From IMG/VR virus record IMGVR_UViG_3300032288_005197, positions 21,561-85,560 of that record: a stretch of 64,000 nt of DNA, one strand, 5' to 3'. Positions 19,726 to 29,759 of the stretch are shown here, piece by piece (the stretch's first letter is position 1; the number at the start of each line of letters is the position of its first letter). Below the pieces are notes generated by a model. That model was given only the letters and a program-made list of their open reading frames with translations. It did not search any database and had not been told where the DNA came from. A program made the position numbers and the translations under genes. Source of the DNA: a virus.

Positions 19726-20836
19726 GGAAGTAGCGGCCTTTTTAGAAATTCTCTTACGCAAGAGGTTTCATGATGTACCGGAAAAACAAAAGATTGAAGA
19801 GCACAGCTCACGTAAGTTAAATTTTGCGTGTCCAATATGCGGCGACTCTGAGAAAAAGGTCTCCAAAAAACGTGGTAACCTCTACTTGGATACTGGGGCT
19901 TACAAATGCTTCAATGACGGCTGCATGGCCTACTTGCCAATAGGTGAGTTCATTGCCCGAATGAGTAAGGAACATGGTATCATGTTGCCGAGCTTCTTAT
20001 TAGATGGCGATTATCAACCTGTGAAAGTAAAAAGGGTTGAGAACCAGCTTTTGAGATTCTTAACCTCTGATACAAGCCAACTCGTAACCATCACCGACAT
20101 CATTAACCGGTTCTCATTAAAGAGGCTAGACCTTGTTCCGGAAACATCGACCGCATTTCAATACATCAAGTCCAGGGATCTTAACTTAATCGAGGATTTT
20201 GGTGATTGCCTCTATACTGATGCAAGCGATAATAAGGTTTACATATTTAATTTTGATCGCAAGTCAGGTAGATTATTAGGCTTTGCAATTCGCAGCCTGG
20301 ACCCTAATTCTGATCGAAAGTATATCATCAAGTCCTACACCGATCTCTCTATTATTTTCGCTCAGCGTGGATTGAGCAAGGAATTGGTTGAGGATGCTAA
20401 CTTCTTGAACAATTACTTTAATATCTTGAACGTTGATTTCACCAAGCCGATTCTAATGACTGAAGGCCAGTTCGATTCACTGTTGCTGGAGAATTGTATT
20501 GCAACTTCCGGTGCTTCAAAGGCTCGTAGCATTCTTGCAAACTTGGGAGCAAAGGGAGCTACTCGAGTGGTGTTTGATCGTGATAAAGCCGGCAAAACCC
20601 AAATGATGAATTTCATCAAGCAAGGCTACTCAGTTTTTCTATGGAACAAGGCAATCGACTTTCTAAAAAAGAAATACTCTTCAATTGATGAACTAAAAGA
20701 GATTCAAAGAATCAAGGACATCAATGATATGTACTCATTCATTCATTCCAAGGACTCCGAGTACAGTCCGCGTGATTTTAATCAATGGATCAATAGCTAT
20801 TTTAGCGAAACCGTGTTTGACATGGCGTACCTATAA
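19715..20836 (+). CDS. DNA primase (T4 gp61-like)
   Basis: CPICGDS...RG...YKCFNDGC zinc finger; TEGQFDS and FDRDKAG TOPRIM motifs. Confidence 0.9.
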   Translation: MKIEEVAAFLEILLRKRFHDVPEKQKIEEHSSRKLNFACPICGDSEKKVSKKRGNLYLDTGAYKCFNDGCMAYLPIGEFIARMSKEHGIMLPSFLLDGDYQPVKVKRVENQLLRFLTSDTSQLVTITDIINRFSLKRLDLVPETSTAFQYIKSRDLNLIEDFGDCLYTDASDNKVYIFNFDRKSGRLLGFAIRSLDPNSDRKYIIKSYTDLSIIFAQRGLSKELVEDANFLNNYFNILNVDFTKPILMTEGQFDSLLLENCIATSGASKARSILANLGAKGATRVVFDRDKAGKTQMMNFIKQGYSVFLWNKAIDFLKKKYSSIDELKEIQRIKDINDMYSFIHSKDSEYSPRDFNQWINSYFSETVFDMAYL

Positions 20837-20840
20837 ATAA
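20832..20840 (+). promoter_or_regulatory. T4-type late promoter TATAAATAA (representative of at least 14 copies)
   Basis: ATAAATAA shortly upstream of structural and capsid-motif genes: 490, 5500, 11641, 12791, 17833, 20833, 26412, 27948, 38002, 41699, 45631, 54126, 56718, 62925. Confidence 0.75.
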
Positions 20841-20844
20841 CTAT

Positions 20845-21351
20845 ATGAAACCTAAAGAGCAGAAGAGCATCAAGACCTTCTTAAAACCACGAGCCGGATC
20901 AATCAGACAGGGCTATTTTAAACCAGCATTTCCTGAAAAATACGTCGGCGATCCAACCCAAATCATATTTAGATCAAGTTGGGAATTCAAGTTTCTTAAG
21001 TGGTGTGATCACAGCCCAACCGTAATCAAGTATTCAAGCGAACCCGTTGGAATTCCCTATTACAGCCCGTTGGACAAAAGGGGCCACACCTATTACATTG
21101 ATTTTTACGTTGTGACAAAGGATAATGAAGGTCGAGAACAGGCATGGCTCATTGAGATTAAGCCTGACAAGTACACTAAGCCCCCAACCGCACCTGAGCG
21201 AATGACTAATAAACAGACCGCAAACTATGTTTATGCTGCAAAGCAGTACATTGTTAACCAGGCCAAATTTGAAGCAGCAAAAGAATTTGCATCAGTTAGG
21301 GGATTAAAATTCGGAATAATTACCGAAAACTTTCTGTTCAAATCAATATAA
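20845..21351 (+). CDS. Head completion nuclease (T4 gp4 / TnsA-like)
   Basis: PEKYVGDP..I.FRSSWE..F..WCD, SSE...IPY, YYIDF, EIKP. Confidence 0.85.
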   Translation: MKPKEQKSIKTFLKPRAGSIRQGYFKPAFPEKYVGDPTQIIFRSSWEFKFLKWCDHSPTVIKYSSEPVGIPYYSPLDKRGHTYYIDFYVVTKDNEGREQAWLIEIKPDKYTKPPTAPERMTNKQTANYVYAAKQYIVNQAKFEAAKEFASVRGLKFGIITENFLFKSI

Positions 21352-21360
21352 AAGATAGTA

Positions 21361-21993
21361 ATGGCAATACAGCAAATAAAGGACTACATCGAAACCGGCA
21401 GGGTCGAGAACTTCGCTCAACCAGGTCCAAATTATCGGTTCTCTGAGGAATCGATACAAGTACCTTTCCTGATTCCAGGTCATGTCTATACGTTTGTTGC
21501 AAAGACCATCAAAGGAAATGATGGATTGCCTAGCCTAGATGACTACACAACAGGCCAGAGCAAAGGAACTAAACCTTATGTTGACAATTATCCAATCTTC
21601 ATTTCATTAGGAAGTAGCGGGCCGATTGAATTTGGTCTGAACATCAAAGTAATGCCTCAGCAACTAAGACGAAGATTCATTCAGACCTACTTAAATCGGA
21701 TTCTACCTGTGCTGTCTAACCTAACTGATGACAAGGGAGAATTTATAGAATACCAAAAAAGAATCAGGCAACCAGAAATGAATCCGTTCGGCTCGGTGAA
21801 TAAGAACTTTGTAATGAGCATCAGCCCGTATTCAGGTATTAAATTTGAGTTCCTGGTTGATAAATATAACAGAGACGAAATGAGATACTTGAGCTTGATA
21901 GATTGGCCGAATGTGCCAAAGGTCGGGGAGATTAACTACTCTCGTGATGAATCTATTGCGACAAGATCACAAATTTCAGACTTTTTGAAATAA
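21361..21993 (+). CDS. DNA end-protector-like protein (T4 gp2-like)
   Basis: PG.VYTF, YVDNYPIF, GLNIKVMP...R pattern; next to the gp4-like gene. Confidence 0.55.
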   Translation: MAIQQIKDYIETGRVENFAQPGPNYRFSEESIQVPFLIPGHVYTFVAKTIKGNDGLPSLDDYTTGQSKGTKPYVDNYPIFISLGSSGPIEFGLNIKVMPQQLRRRFIQTYLNRILPVLSNLTDDKGEFIEYQKRIRQPEMNPFGSVNKNFVMSISPYSGIKFEFLVDKYNRDEMRYLSLIDWPNVPKVGEINYSRDESIATRSQISDFLK

Positions 21994-22007
21994 CATAACA
22001 TAAATAA

Positions 22008-23693
22008 ATGGCAGGATTTTTAGATAGCAATCCAGTAAGAGGACTTAGATCAGGTTTAACAGCACTCAGCCGATTCGGTATGAAGTACGATGATCTACTC
22101 GTTAAGAATTCCCAAGCAATCGGTTACATTGAGGGCCAGCTAACGGGATTCAACAATTCGTTGGGCGACGACCTAATGAAAGCAACCCTTGCTCTATCGG
22201 ACACTACGTCTTCACTCAAGAACAAATCAATTGCATTCTTTCAATTGGACTACGTTCAAAAAAGAGAACGTCTTCGTGATCTTGCATCAAACGGCGAGAT
22301 TGAATTCATTATTGAAACGATCGCGGACGATGCAATCGTCTTCGACCAAGATAATCGATTCTGTTATCCAAACGATCTAGTTGGGGAAATCAACTATCGT
22401 GGAAAGAACAAGGACGAAAGATTGAACTACCAGCAAAAAATCTTGGACAAGTACCAAGAAAATTTCGAAAAGATCTATAACGCATGGGGATTTGATCGAG
22501 GTATTTCCGCCTGGCAGTATTTCTATCAATGGTTGATTGAAGGTCACTTGGCCTTTGAAATCATCTACGATAATTTGACGAATCCTAAGGACATTATTGG
22601 TTTCAAGGAGTTGGACCCATCGACACTCTATCCTGAAGTTAAAAAGGACTCAAGTGGTCGTATTTACCTACAGTGGGCTCAACGCGATCCAGTCAATCGA
22701 ATGAATCGTACCCTAACTGATTCGCAGATCATCTATATCTCGTATTCAAATGAATTTAGAACAAAAAGAGTTAGTTTTGTTGAGCGTCTGATTCGTTCGT
22801 TTAATCTATTGCGCCTGATCGAGCACTCAAAGGTCATTTGGCACACAATGAACGCTCCAATTCGTTTGAAGACGACTGTTCCAGTTGGAACCAAGTCAAT
22901 GCAAAAGGCGAAAGAGGATGTTCGTGAATTCACAAATACTCTAAAAGAAGACATCACGTTTGACGGCAGCTCAGGAGAATTAATGGTGGACGGTAAGCCC
23001 AACATCTTGTTCTACAAGAACTACGTTTTACCAAAGAATGATCGTGGCGAAGCAATCGATATTGAGGCGCTCGAGTATCCAGGACCAAACTTATCAGGTT
23101 CTGAACTCTTGAAGTACTTCCAAGATAAGTTAAAACTTGATTCTAAATTGCCGTATTCTCGTTGGTCCGAGAATCAAGGTTCCTACACAATGAACGCTGA
23201 AGGAATCTCAAGGGAGGAAATTCGATACAATAAATTTGTCAAGCGTTTGCGCTCAGCTTTTAAAGAGCTTGTTACCAAACCTCTTTACTTGCAAATGTGT
23301 TTGGACGTGAAGGACCTTAAGTCCGATCACCGATTCGCGAATGCGGTTGGTTTAACGTGGCACGATGATAACGTATTTGAGGAAATCAAGACTCAAGAGC
23401 TACTTAACAAGCGCCTTGCGACACTTAATGCAATGAAAGCCGTTGTTAACGATGAAAATAAACCTTACTTCTCAACCGAGTACCTGATCAAGGAATACTT
23501 AAAATTGAGTGATGAAGATATTGCCAAGAACAAGAGTTATCAAGCTACTTCTGAAGGCGAAGCCGCTGCTGGAGCAGCAGGTGGAGCCGGGTCAGCCGCT
23601 GCTCCAGCAGGAGGCGCCGCTGCTACACCAGCTGGAGAAACTCCGGCTTCTGGAGAAACTTCATCAGAAGTAGGAACTAAGGGACAATTGTAA
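22008..23693 (+). CDS. Portal vertex protein (T4 gp20-like)
   Basis: W.I.G.L.FE, LDP, NLLRLIE, AP.R, Y.LP, YF..KL...K.P.SR, ISREEIRY.KFV.RLR. Confidence 0.9.
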   Translation: MAGFLDSNPVRGLRSGLTALSRFGMKYDDLLVKNSQAIGYIEGQLTGFNNSLGDDLMKATLALSDTTSSLKNKSIAFFQLDYVQKRERLRDLASNGEIEFIIETIADDAIVFDQDNRFCYPNDLVGEINYRGKNKDERLNYQQKILDKYQENFEKIYNAWGFDRGISAWQYFYQWLIEGHLAFEIIYDNLTNPKDIIGFKELDPSTLYPEVKKDSSGRIYLQWAQRDPVNRMNRTLTDSQIIYISYSNEFRTKRVSFVERLIRSFNLLRLIEHSKVIWHTMNAPIRLKTTVPVGTKSMQKAKEDVREFTNTLKEDITFDGSSGELMVDGKPNILFYKNYVLPKNDRGEAIDIEALEYPGPNLSGSELLKYFQDKLKLDSKLPYSRWSENQGSYTMNAEGISREEIRYNKFVKRLRSAFKELVTKPLYLQMCLDVKDLKSDHRFANAVGLTWHDDNVFEEIKTQELLNKRLATLNAMKAVVNDENKPYFSTEYLIKEYLKLSDEDIAKNKSYQATSEGEAAAGAAGGAGSAAAPAGGAAATPAGETPASGETSSEVGTKGQL

Positions 23694-23711
23694 CCTTTTA
23701 ATATTTTATAA

Positions 23712-24629
23712 ATGCTAATAAGAAAAGTAACAGTGATAGGTGGGGCCGGATTCATCGGATCTCACCTAGTCGAACTATTGATAGAGAAAGGCTTCTTTCC
23801 AGTCGTCATCGATAATTTTTCAACAGGCAAAAGATCTAATTTGCCAAATTCAGGTATTGATGTAATAGATCTCGACATTACTGAGGATCCCCAGAGGATC
23901 GCTGAGATGATACATGGATCAGAATGCGTATTCCATTTAGCCGCATTAACCTCTGTCCAGGAGTCATTAGATCACCCTGACCGATATACTAAAGTTAACG
24001 TCGTTGGTACAGCAAATGTTCTTGAAGCCTGTAGAATCGCAGGAGTAAAAAAGCTCGTGTTTAGTTCGACCAGCGCGATTTACGGAAACACTGCAAAGTT
24101 CCCGACAGTTGAGACTCAATCGCCTGATCCAATCTCAGCCTATGCTCTATCTAAATTAGTCGGTGAAACTTATGCAAGGTATTATGCCGAAACTACTGAC
24201 GTTACGACCACATGCTTAAGGTATTTCAACGTGTTCGGCGAAAGAACCAATCCCAGCAGTTCATACCGCTCAGTCATTCCAATCTTTTTAGACCAATTTA
24301 AAAACGGAAAACCGTTAACGATCACCAATGACGGCCTTCAACAAAGGGATTTTGTCTATGTGAAAGACGTTGCTCTTGCAAACTTAAAGGCAATGAATCA
24401 CACTCGAAGATTCGATGTTATTAACATCGGCGCCGGTAGAACATGGGCAGTCAATCAAATCGCTGACATGATTTCAAAACGTCGAGAAAATATTGGATTT
24501 AGGTTGGAACCAAAGATTAGTTTAGCTGATGTAAGTAGAGCTCAGTCCGTTTTAGATTGGACAGCTTCCACCGATTTAGAAGTGTGGATTAAAGATCAAA
24601 TAGCGTCGCGAACGCTGACTGGCCGTTAA
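23712..24629 (+). CDS. NAD-dependent epimerase/dehydratase (GalE-like)
   Basis: GGAGFIGSH, YALSK, LRYFNVFG, RDFVYVKDV. Confidence 0.9.
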   Translation: MLIRKVTVIGGAGFIGSHLVELLIEKGFFPVVIDNFSTGKRSNLPNSGIDVIDLDITEDPQRIAEMIHGSECVFHLAALTSVQESLDHPDRYTKVNVVGTANVLEACRIAGVKKLVFSSTSAIYGNTAKFPTVETQSPDPISAYALSKLVGETYARYYAETTDVTTTCLRYFNVFGERTNPSSSYRSVIPIFLDQFKNGKPLTITNDGLQQRDFVYVKDVALANLKAMNHTRRFDVINIGAGRTWAVNQIADMISKRRENIGFRLEPKISLADVSRAQSVLDWTASTDLEVWIKDQIASRTLTGR

Positions 24630-24981
24630 TCTTAATATCAAGGCCTAGTCCAACTTTGTAAGGATCAGCGATATCGTCAAGTGTGAATACTTTAGCGTCT
24701 ATATTATAAGGCTTTGATAGCAAAACAAATTCTGATATTTGAGAATTCGCCTCTGCTTCCATCTCTGATAAATTGGAAAATTCAAACTCGAAAAGGTATT
24801 TTTCAGCATTGAATCCAATGTCTTCACCCAAAACTTCACCTGATCTAGTCAGCAACACCATTCTAACCTGTTGAATAGCGTTTTCCAGTGAATCATTTGA
24901 TTCAAGGGTATCAGCCGTGTAGTTAGGATCCCCTGGCGATCTTAAATATAAATCTTTTCCAATAGGTTGAATAGTTACCAT
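24589..24981 (-). CDS. Baseplate wedge protein (gp25-like)
   Basis: IQQVRMVLLTRSGEVLG..IG.....LFE pattern. Confidence 0.7.
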   Translation of the reverse strand: MVTIQPIGKDLYLRSPGDPNYTADTLESNDSLENAIQQVRMVLLTRSGEVLGEDIGFNAEKYLFEFEFSNLSEMEAEANSQISEFVLLSKPYNIDAKVFTLDDIADPYKVGLGLDIKINGQSAFATLFDL

Positions 24982-24988
24982 ACGTTAA

Positions 24989-25729
24989 TTACCATCTAGC
25001 GAAGAACAAAAAGTCCGCTGTATTTTCTCCCTTCATCATCTCAATTACCTGGTTAAGCTCATTTTCAGCTTTAGTAACGAGATTCGTGTAGTTGGGCTTT
25101 ATTCCACCCGGTAAATTATAGTCAAATGTCGTCAATAGATCGCCCAATCTTAATTTAGCCTTGGCTCTTACGTATCTTTGAAATAATTCGTCGTTATAGA
25201 GATCGTCCGATGGAACTTTTTTTGCAATTTGTAAAACAACTGATGAGGTTCTTGGCGTTCTACCCAAAATCATCAGTTTTCGAGTATTCTTATTGTAGTC
25301 ATAGGCTAGAGTATCGATCGTAAATCCTTTAACTAAATCTAAAAACGAGAACACTACTGTTCTGTACATAATTGATTCACCAATGAACGGCGTTAAGAAT
25401 ACTTCAGAGCCAATGAATTTATTGTCAGCGAAATCGACGTCCATTGTTCCAAACATCGAGGTTGTGCCCTTTGCTTCTTTTACTTCATGTACGAATGCAA
25501 CGCAATCCGGTAATTGAATCGTTCTCTCCTTTTTGAAAAGCGGGTGGTTGAACACAGCAGAAGGAATCACCATGTATCTTGCCTCAACTGCATGTCTCCA
25601 ATTGTCATGAAAATATCTTTCAGCATTGGTGATAATACGCTGTATTTCCTTTTCCGGAATTGAGTAAGGTAGCGCTTTTGCAAATGTCAATTCCTCCTGT
25701 ATGTCGAGTACTAATTCGTCTAAAGTCAT
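24989..25729 (-). CDS. Neck protein (gp13-like)
   Basis: I..A..YF, LP..V..V, Y..AKAK..LG..L..F...LPGGI..N. Confidence 0.7.
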   Translation of the reverse strand: MTLDELVLDIQEELTFAKALPYSIPEKEIQRIITNAERYFHDNWRHAVEARYMVIPSAVFNHPLFKKERTIQLPDCVAFVHEVKEAKGTTSMFGTMDVDFADNKFIGSEVFLTPFIGESIMYRTVVFSFLDLVKGFTIDTLAYDYNKNTRKLMILGRTPRTSSVVLQIAKKVPSDDLYNDELFQRYVRAKAKLRLGDLLTTFDYNLPGGIKPNYTNLVTKAENELNQVIEMMKGENTADFLFFARW

Positions 25730-25744
25730 TTGACTTGTGTATTT

Positions 25745-26125
25745 TTAGATAGCTTTGCTAGCCTTGTTCTTTTGCTCTATTTGCTGTTGAACCTGCTTGA
25801 TTCGGCTCAAGATAGAAAGACGTTTGTCATCCGTGTCAGCATTCGCTAACTCTTTTCTAAGTTCGCGAGTTGCAGTGATTGCATCCATCTCAGATTGAGT
25901 ATCCGCTGAACTTTCCTTGATCGGCTCAGTTACCGTTTTTGTGTAATCCGGTTCAGTCGCCTTTATTCCAGTAGACAGGCTTGCTCGCTTGACCTGATCA
26001 ATTGATTTCTCCTTTTTTACTGGAGCTGCAGCTTTAACATCAAGCGCAGTTTTCGGATCTTCAAGTTTCGGACCCTTTACGAATGAATCGAAGTTTAAAA
26101 TTTTGTTACTCATAGTATTTGTCAA
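25745..26125 (-). CDS. Hypothetical protein with capsid-targeting motif
   Basis: ILNFDSFVK. Confidence 0.65.
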   Translation of the reverse strand: MTNTMSNKILNFDSFVKGPKLEDPKTALDVKAAAPVKKEKSIDQVKRASLSTGIKATEPDYTKTVTEPIKESSADTQSEMDAITATRELRKELANADTDDKRLSILSRIKQVQQQIEQKNKASKAI

Positions 26126-26131
26126 TTTTTA

Positions 26132-26407
26132 TTATTTATCGCTGCTCTGATCTGGTTCAAATATTCCATCCACGAATTCGTTGAACGTTAGTACCTTTTT
26201 GGTCTTTGGGTTGACTCCTATTCCTGGAGTATTGTTCATTTTCATGTCCCTTCTTGAAATCGGCTGGGTCGCTAACCAATGATTCGGAATTCCACCCATG
26301 TGAATATTAATCGGAGTCGGTTGAATATTTGGATCATTACTCTGGGTGAAAGCTGCTGCGGGTACTGACCCTGTGCTATTTGCCATATTTTTAGCGTGTT
26401 CTTTCAT
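26132..26407 (-). CDS. Hypothetical late protein
   Basis: Late motif at 26412-26419; C-terminal VLTFNEFV. Confidence 0.65.
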   Translation of the reverse strand: MKEHAKNMANSTGSVPAAAFTQSNDPNIQPTPINIHMGGIPNHWLATQPISRRDMKMNNTPGIGVNPKTKKVLTFNEFVDGIFEPDQSSDK

Positions 26408-26436
26408 AGGATTATTTATTCGGGTCTAACCAAAAT

Positions 26437-26459
26437 AAAAAAGCCCGATTTCTCGGGCT
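26437..26459 (-). terminator. Intrinsic terminator
   Basis: AGCCCGA-gaaa-TCGGGCT followed by a T-run on the minus strand. Confidence 0.8.
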
Positions 26460-26481
26460 CATTCACTTAATTAATTCTATA

Positions 26482-27927
26482 TTAGTATTCTGGGCTCCAG
26501 TTACGATCTCCGCAATTAGAACATCTCATTCTAGGATTCTCTGCAATCTCTTCGTGTTCTGCACGTTCTCCGCACGTATCACAAGAGTACGCAGTAGATT
26601 CATTAACGTTTAAATTTTCAACGGTGACTTTAAAAATCACCTTATCCATATTTAATTCCCATGTACCGGTATTTTGCATGCGGGATGCTCCAATATTAAC
26701 CGGCTTGCTATAAGTCTCGGTTTTACCACCGTTCATGAAAGTAACCTTTGTTCCGTTTGAGGAAAACGTTCCGTTTTTTGCAGCAGGGCCTAGTTTGTGA
26801 CTAATCCAACTAGCTAAAGCATGGTCCATCACCGAGTATTGATTACCTGGACCAGTTGCAGGCTTTCCCTCAGTAACACGTAGGTTTGCAGCAGCTTCCA
26901 TCATGCACTCTGTCATGTAAGAACCGCATTCATTCAAATACGATTCGTAAGTGTGCATTGGATCCTTGTCCTCATCGCACATTTGAGCCTCTTTAATCAA
27001 AATTTCTTCGCAAATCGTCTTAACAGCTCTCTTTGCCTCTTCTGACATTGCTAGATTGTAGCCTTCTTCCATTGGATTCCAACACTCATTCACGAAACTC
27101 TGAAAAGACTCAACGACCTTTGTTGATTTGCTTTTTCTTAGCAATTCAAAATCATTTTTGTCCAACTTACCGTTTTTATTCTTATCAAGTTTCTTTTGAC
27201 CCTTAGTTAATTTTTCAGAAACAGGTTCAATCATTGGACCTGGTACAGGCTTACGAAGTTCTTCGTGTCTAACTTTATCTACGAATCTAACTAATCGGCG
27301 TTGAATGTTATCTGGAAACTGCCCAGTCTTGTCAACTCGACCGTCTGAATATATTACAATTCTTGCAAAAATTCCACGAGCTTCGTGAAACTCTATTGAA
27401 ATCGACTGTTGATAATCATCAGAACTACCCATTCCGGTCTTTTTGACCTCAGCTGTAACATCATCTCCGAACATGCTTGCGATTGATTGAGCTTCTCTCT
27501 TGATTTCTGGGCTAATATGAGTTTCAAAAGAACGTGCTTGTTGCAATACTTTATTACGTCTGAATCCCTCTTTTTCTGGATCAAGCTCCTTTTCTTTATC
27601 CCAAGCTTTTATGAAAGCACTACGTTTAACCGCATTAGAAATCTCGTCAACTTGGCTAGATTCTTCCATGCCAGAAACGATTTCAACCTCAACTGGAATT
27701 GAGTACTCGTGATCGCCGTGTTGAGCGATCAACATTCCGTCACCGTCATAGTCAAATCTCAACTCAACTTCTTGACCGTCGTGTGTTTTTATTAGGATCA
27801 TGGCATGATCATCACCATGTCCACTTAATGATAATATTTCTGGATGAATTGATCTTCCCTCGTGTGATTCTGGAATGGGCTCTCCCATCATGAATTTAGG
27901 TATTCTCTTGTTACCGAACTTTCCCAT
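26482..27927 (-). CDS. Multi-module late/virion protein
   Basis: Late motif at 27948-27955; LDKNKNGKLDKNDF (EF-hand-like), ESFQSFVNE, C-terminal zinc ribbon. Confidence 0.7.
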   Translation of the reverse strand: MGKFGNKRIPKFMMGEPIPESHEGRSIHPEILSLSGHGDDHAMILIKTHDGQEVELRFDYDGDGMLIAQHGDHEYSIPVEVEIVSGMEESSQVDEISNAVKRSAFIKAWDKEKELDPEKEGFRRNKVLQQARSFETHISPEIKREAQSIASMFGDDVTAEVKKTGMGSSDDYQQSISIEFHEARGIFARIVIYSDGRVDKTGQFPDNIQRRLVRFVDKVRHEELRKPVPGPMIEPVSEKLTKGQKKLDKNKNGKLDKNDFELLRKSKSTKVVESFQSFVNECWNPMEEGYNLAMSEEAKRAVKTICEEILIKEAQMCDEDKDPMHTYESYLNECGSYMTECMMEAAANLRVTEGKPATGPGNQYSVMDHALASWISHKLGPAAKNGTFSSNGTKVTFMNGGKTETYSKPVNIGASRMQNTGTWELNMDKVIFKVTVENLNVNESTAYSCDTCGERAEHEEIAENPRMRCSNCGDRNWSPEY

Positions 27928-27951
27928 TTAATTATGGATATTTTTGGTTAT

Positions 27952-28719
27952 TTATATGGACAAGTCAACCGAAACGACGCCCTTATGTGAAACCGCTTCG
28001 CCCGCGCATTGATTTGCGAACTTAATTGACTCTAAGATGTCACCGGTTTTGGCGTATTTTGCCACCAGGCCGGCTAAAAATGTGTCCCCTGCGCCAGAAA
28101 CGTCCTTAACCTCAACTCTTTTTGTTTGCATCACTTTAATTTTGCCTAAGTCCGCACCCTCTTCTCCCCTAGTGACTATGATCTTATCTAAACTAGAGCT
28201 AATGAAGTCTTTATCGTGCTCGGGATTTGCGAACTCCTTTTTATTGATCTTAATGTAGTCAAATTCCTCTGCCCATTTGCTCAAAGGCTTCTTTGTGTCA
28301 ATAAAACTGATCTTTGCTATGCATGCAATATCCGATAAATCATCCTCCGTTAAGAAACCTTTGTTGTAATCTGATACAACCACAATGTCAGCCTCATGTA
28401 TCATGGAAATCACATCAGGGGTTAGCCTGAATGGATCAACTGGCCCATCCTTATCGACTCTCAATATAATATAATTGGAAGCGGTGTCGACGAACCTATG
28501 CTTAATGATATCGCCGGCGAATTGATGAAGGAAGCTGATTTGCCAAGAGTTTGGGCAAATTTTGGTTAGATTTGTGTATACGTTACCTGCCATTCCACGA
28601 TTCTGTATCACTTGATTTGATACGAAAACCGGTGTTGGGGCTTCTGGATTAAGTCGAGTGCAAATCCCGTACTCAAATATGTCAGTGCAGTCCTCGCCTA
28701 TAACTAATATGTTAGCCAT
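27952..28719 (-). CDS. Heptose-7-phosphate kinase (HldE/RfaE domain I, PfkB family)
   Basis: RLNPEAPTPV, GMAGNV, SDYNKG, DVSGAGDTF. Confidence 0.85.
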   Translation of the reverse strand: MANILVIGEDCTDIFEYGICTRLNPEAPTPVFVSNQVIQNRGMAGNVYTNLTKICPNSWQISFLHQFAGDIIKHRFVDTASNYIILRVDKDGPVDPFRLTPDVISMIHEADIVVVSDYNKGFLTEDDLSDIACIAKISFIDTKKPLSKWAEEFDYIKINKKEFANPEHDKDFISSSLDKIIVTRGEEGADLGKIKVMQTKRVEVKDVSGAGDTFLAGLVAKYAKTGDILESIKFANQCAGEAVSHKGVVSVDLSI

Positions 28720-29104
28720 GAGTCTTTAGTATTTTTGAAGTCGATAGATCTTCGAATCTATCAAAATATTTTACTTCGTCAGCCCATTCGGATCCGATTA
28801 CTCTTTTGCCTAGATAATCTGACCCTACTACCATCACTGCTGGTTTAAACGATTTAATGTGTTCAATTAGTTCGTTATCGGTTCCAAAGGTTACGACCGA
28901 ATCCACGTACTTGATGGATTTTAAAAAGTCAATTCGATATTGACAATTATTTATGGGTCTTGGAGAGCCCTTTAATTCAGTAACTCGATGATCGCGATCG
29001 ATTCCGACCACTAGTACATCACCGAGACCCTTTGCGAATTCTAGGAGTTTGATATGACCCATGTGCATCACATCAAATGTTCCGTTAACCCACACAACTT
29101 TCAT
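28712..29104 (-). CDS. Heptose-1-phosphate adenylyltransferase (HldE domain II / RfaE2)
   Basis: NGTFDVMHMGH, LKG..RPIN, GSDY, STSKI. Confidence 0.85.
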   Translation of the reverse strand: MKVVWVNGTFDVMHMGHIKLLEFAKGLGDVLVVGIDRDHRVTELKGSPRPINNCQYRIDFLKSIKYVDSVVTFGTDNELIEHIKSFKPAVMVVGSDYLGKRVIGSEWADEVKYFDRFEDLSTSKILKTHG

Positions 29105-29406
29105 ATTTCTTCGATTCTTTTTGATTTATCGCAAATGAGAAGATCATAATGAGGTTTATGATTCATTTTAAGCTCATGAAATTTGCAGCCCCACTCATGC
29201 AACTGAACTAGAGTTAGAACACTCCAATCCTTTTTGGAAACTTGACCTCTGGCTGTGTAATAAATGATCTCATGACCCTCATCGAAGAGTCGATTGATCT
29301 TTGCGATATTTTCAGATATTGGTTTAGCACGACTATACTCTGACTCTTGAGTACAGATGGTGCCATCAATATCAACGTAAATTATTTTTGACTGTCTCCC
29401 TTCCAT
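29101..29406 (-). CDS. Small HAD phosphatase (capsule-biosynthesis type)
   Basis: VDIDGTIC, YTARG, KP.YD..ICDK. Confidence 0.75.
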   Translation of the reverse strand: MEGRQSKIIYVDIDGTICTQESEYSRAKPISENIAKINRLFDEGHEIIYYTARGQVSKKDWSVLTLVQLHEWGCKFHELKMNHKPHYDLLICDKSKRIEEI

Positions 29407-29759
29407 ACTCTATAAGAATCTTCGTCAAAATGTTGAGTTGATACTTCAAATACAACTCCATCCTCAAGCGCTTCAAGCTGATGAGGTTGTCCAGGCCTCT
29501 GCCTAACCACATCTCCAGATTTTAAAACCTGTTCGTGTACTTCAGCGTTTACAGTATCAATCCATCTGTAAACAAATGAGCCTTTGTCAACGTACCAAGT
29601 TTCATCCTTAATCATGTGATAGTGCATTGAAAACTTGAAACCCTTTTTAAAGATCAAGAGCTTTCCGCAGTACTTTTCGTTATTTTCAATTATGATCTCT
29701 TCTCCCCAACCTTTCGGCACTCTGCACCCTTCACAAACCGTTGGCTTAATTCTCTCCAT
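29382..29759 (-). CDS. Cupin-fold sugar isomerase
   Basis: KGWGEE, SMHYH..KDETWYV, H, FEVSTQH..EDSYR. Confidence 0.75.
   Translation of the reverse strand: MERIKPTVCEGCRVPKGWGEEIIIENNEKYCGKLLIFKKGFKFSMHYHMIKDETWYVDKGSFVYRWIDTVNAEVHEQVLKSGDVVRQRPGQPHQLEALEDGVVFEVSTQHFDEDSYRVWKGDSQK

Noticed and set aside
20845-21351. TnsA transposase indicating a Tn7-like element
   Set aside because: The motifs and position beside gp2-like and portal genes fit T4 gp4 head completion nuclease; no TnsB or TnsC is present.
23555-23670. GC-rich repetitive stretch at the end of the portal gene and the antisense ORF 23540-23755
   Set aside because: It is the Ala/Gly/Pro low-complexity tail of the portal protein; the antisense ORF is its shadow.
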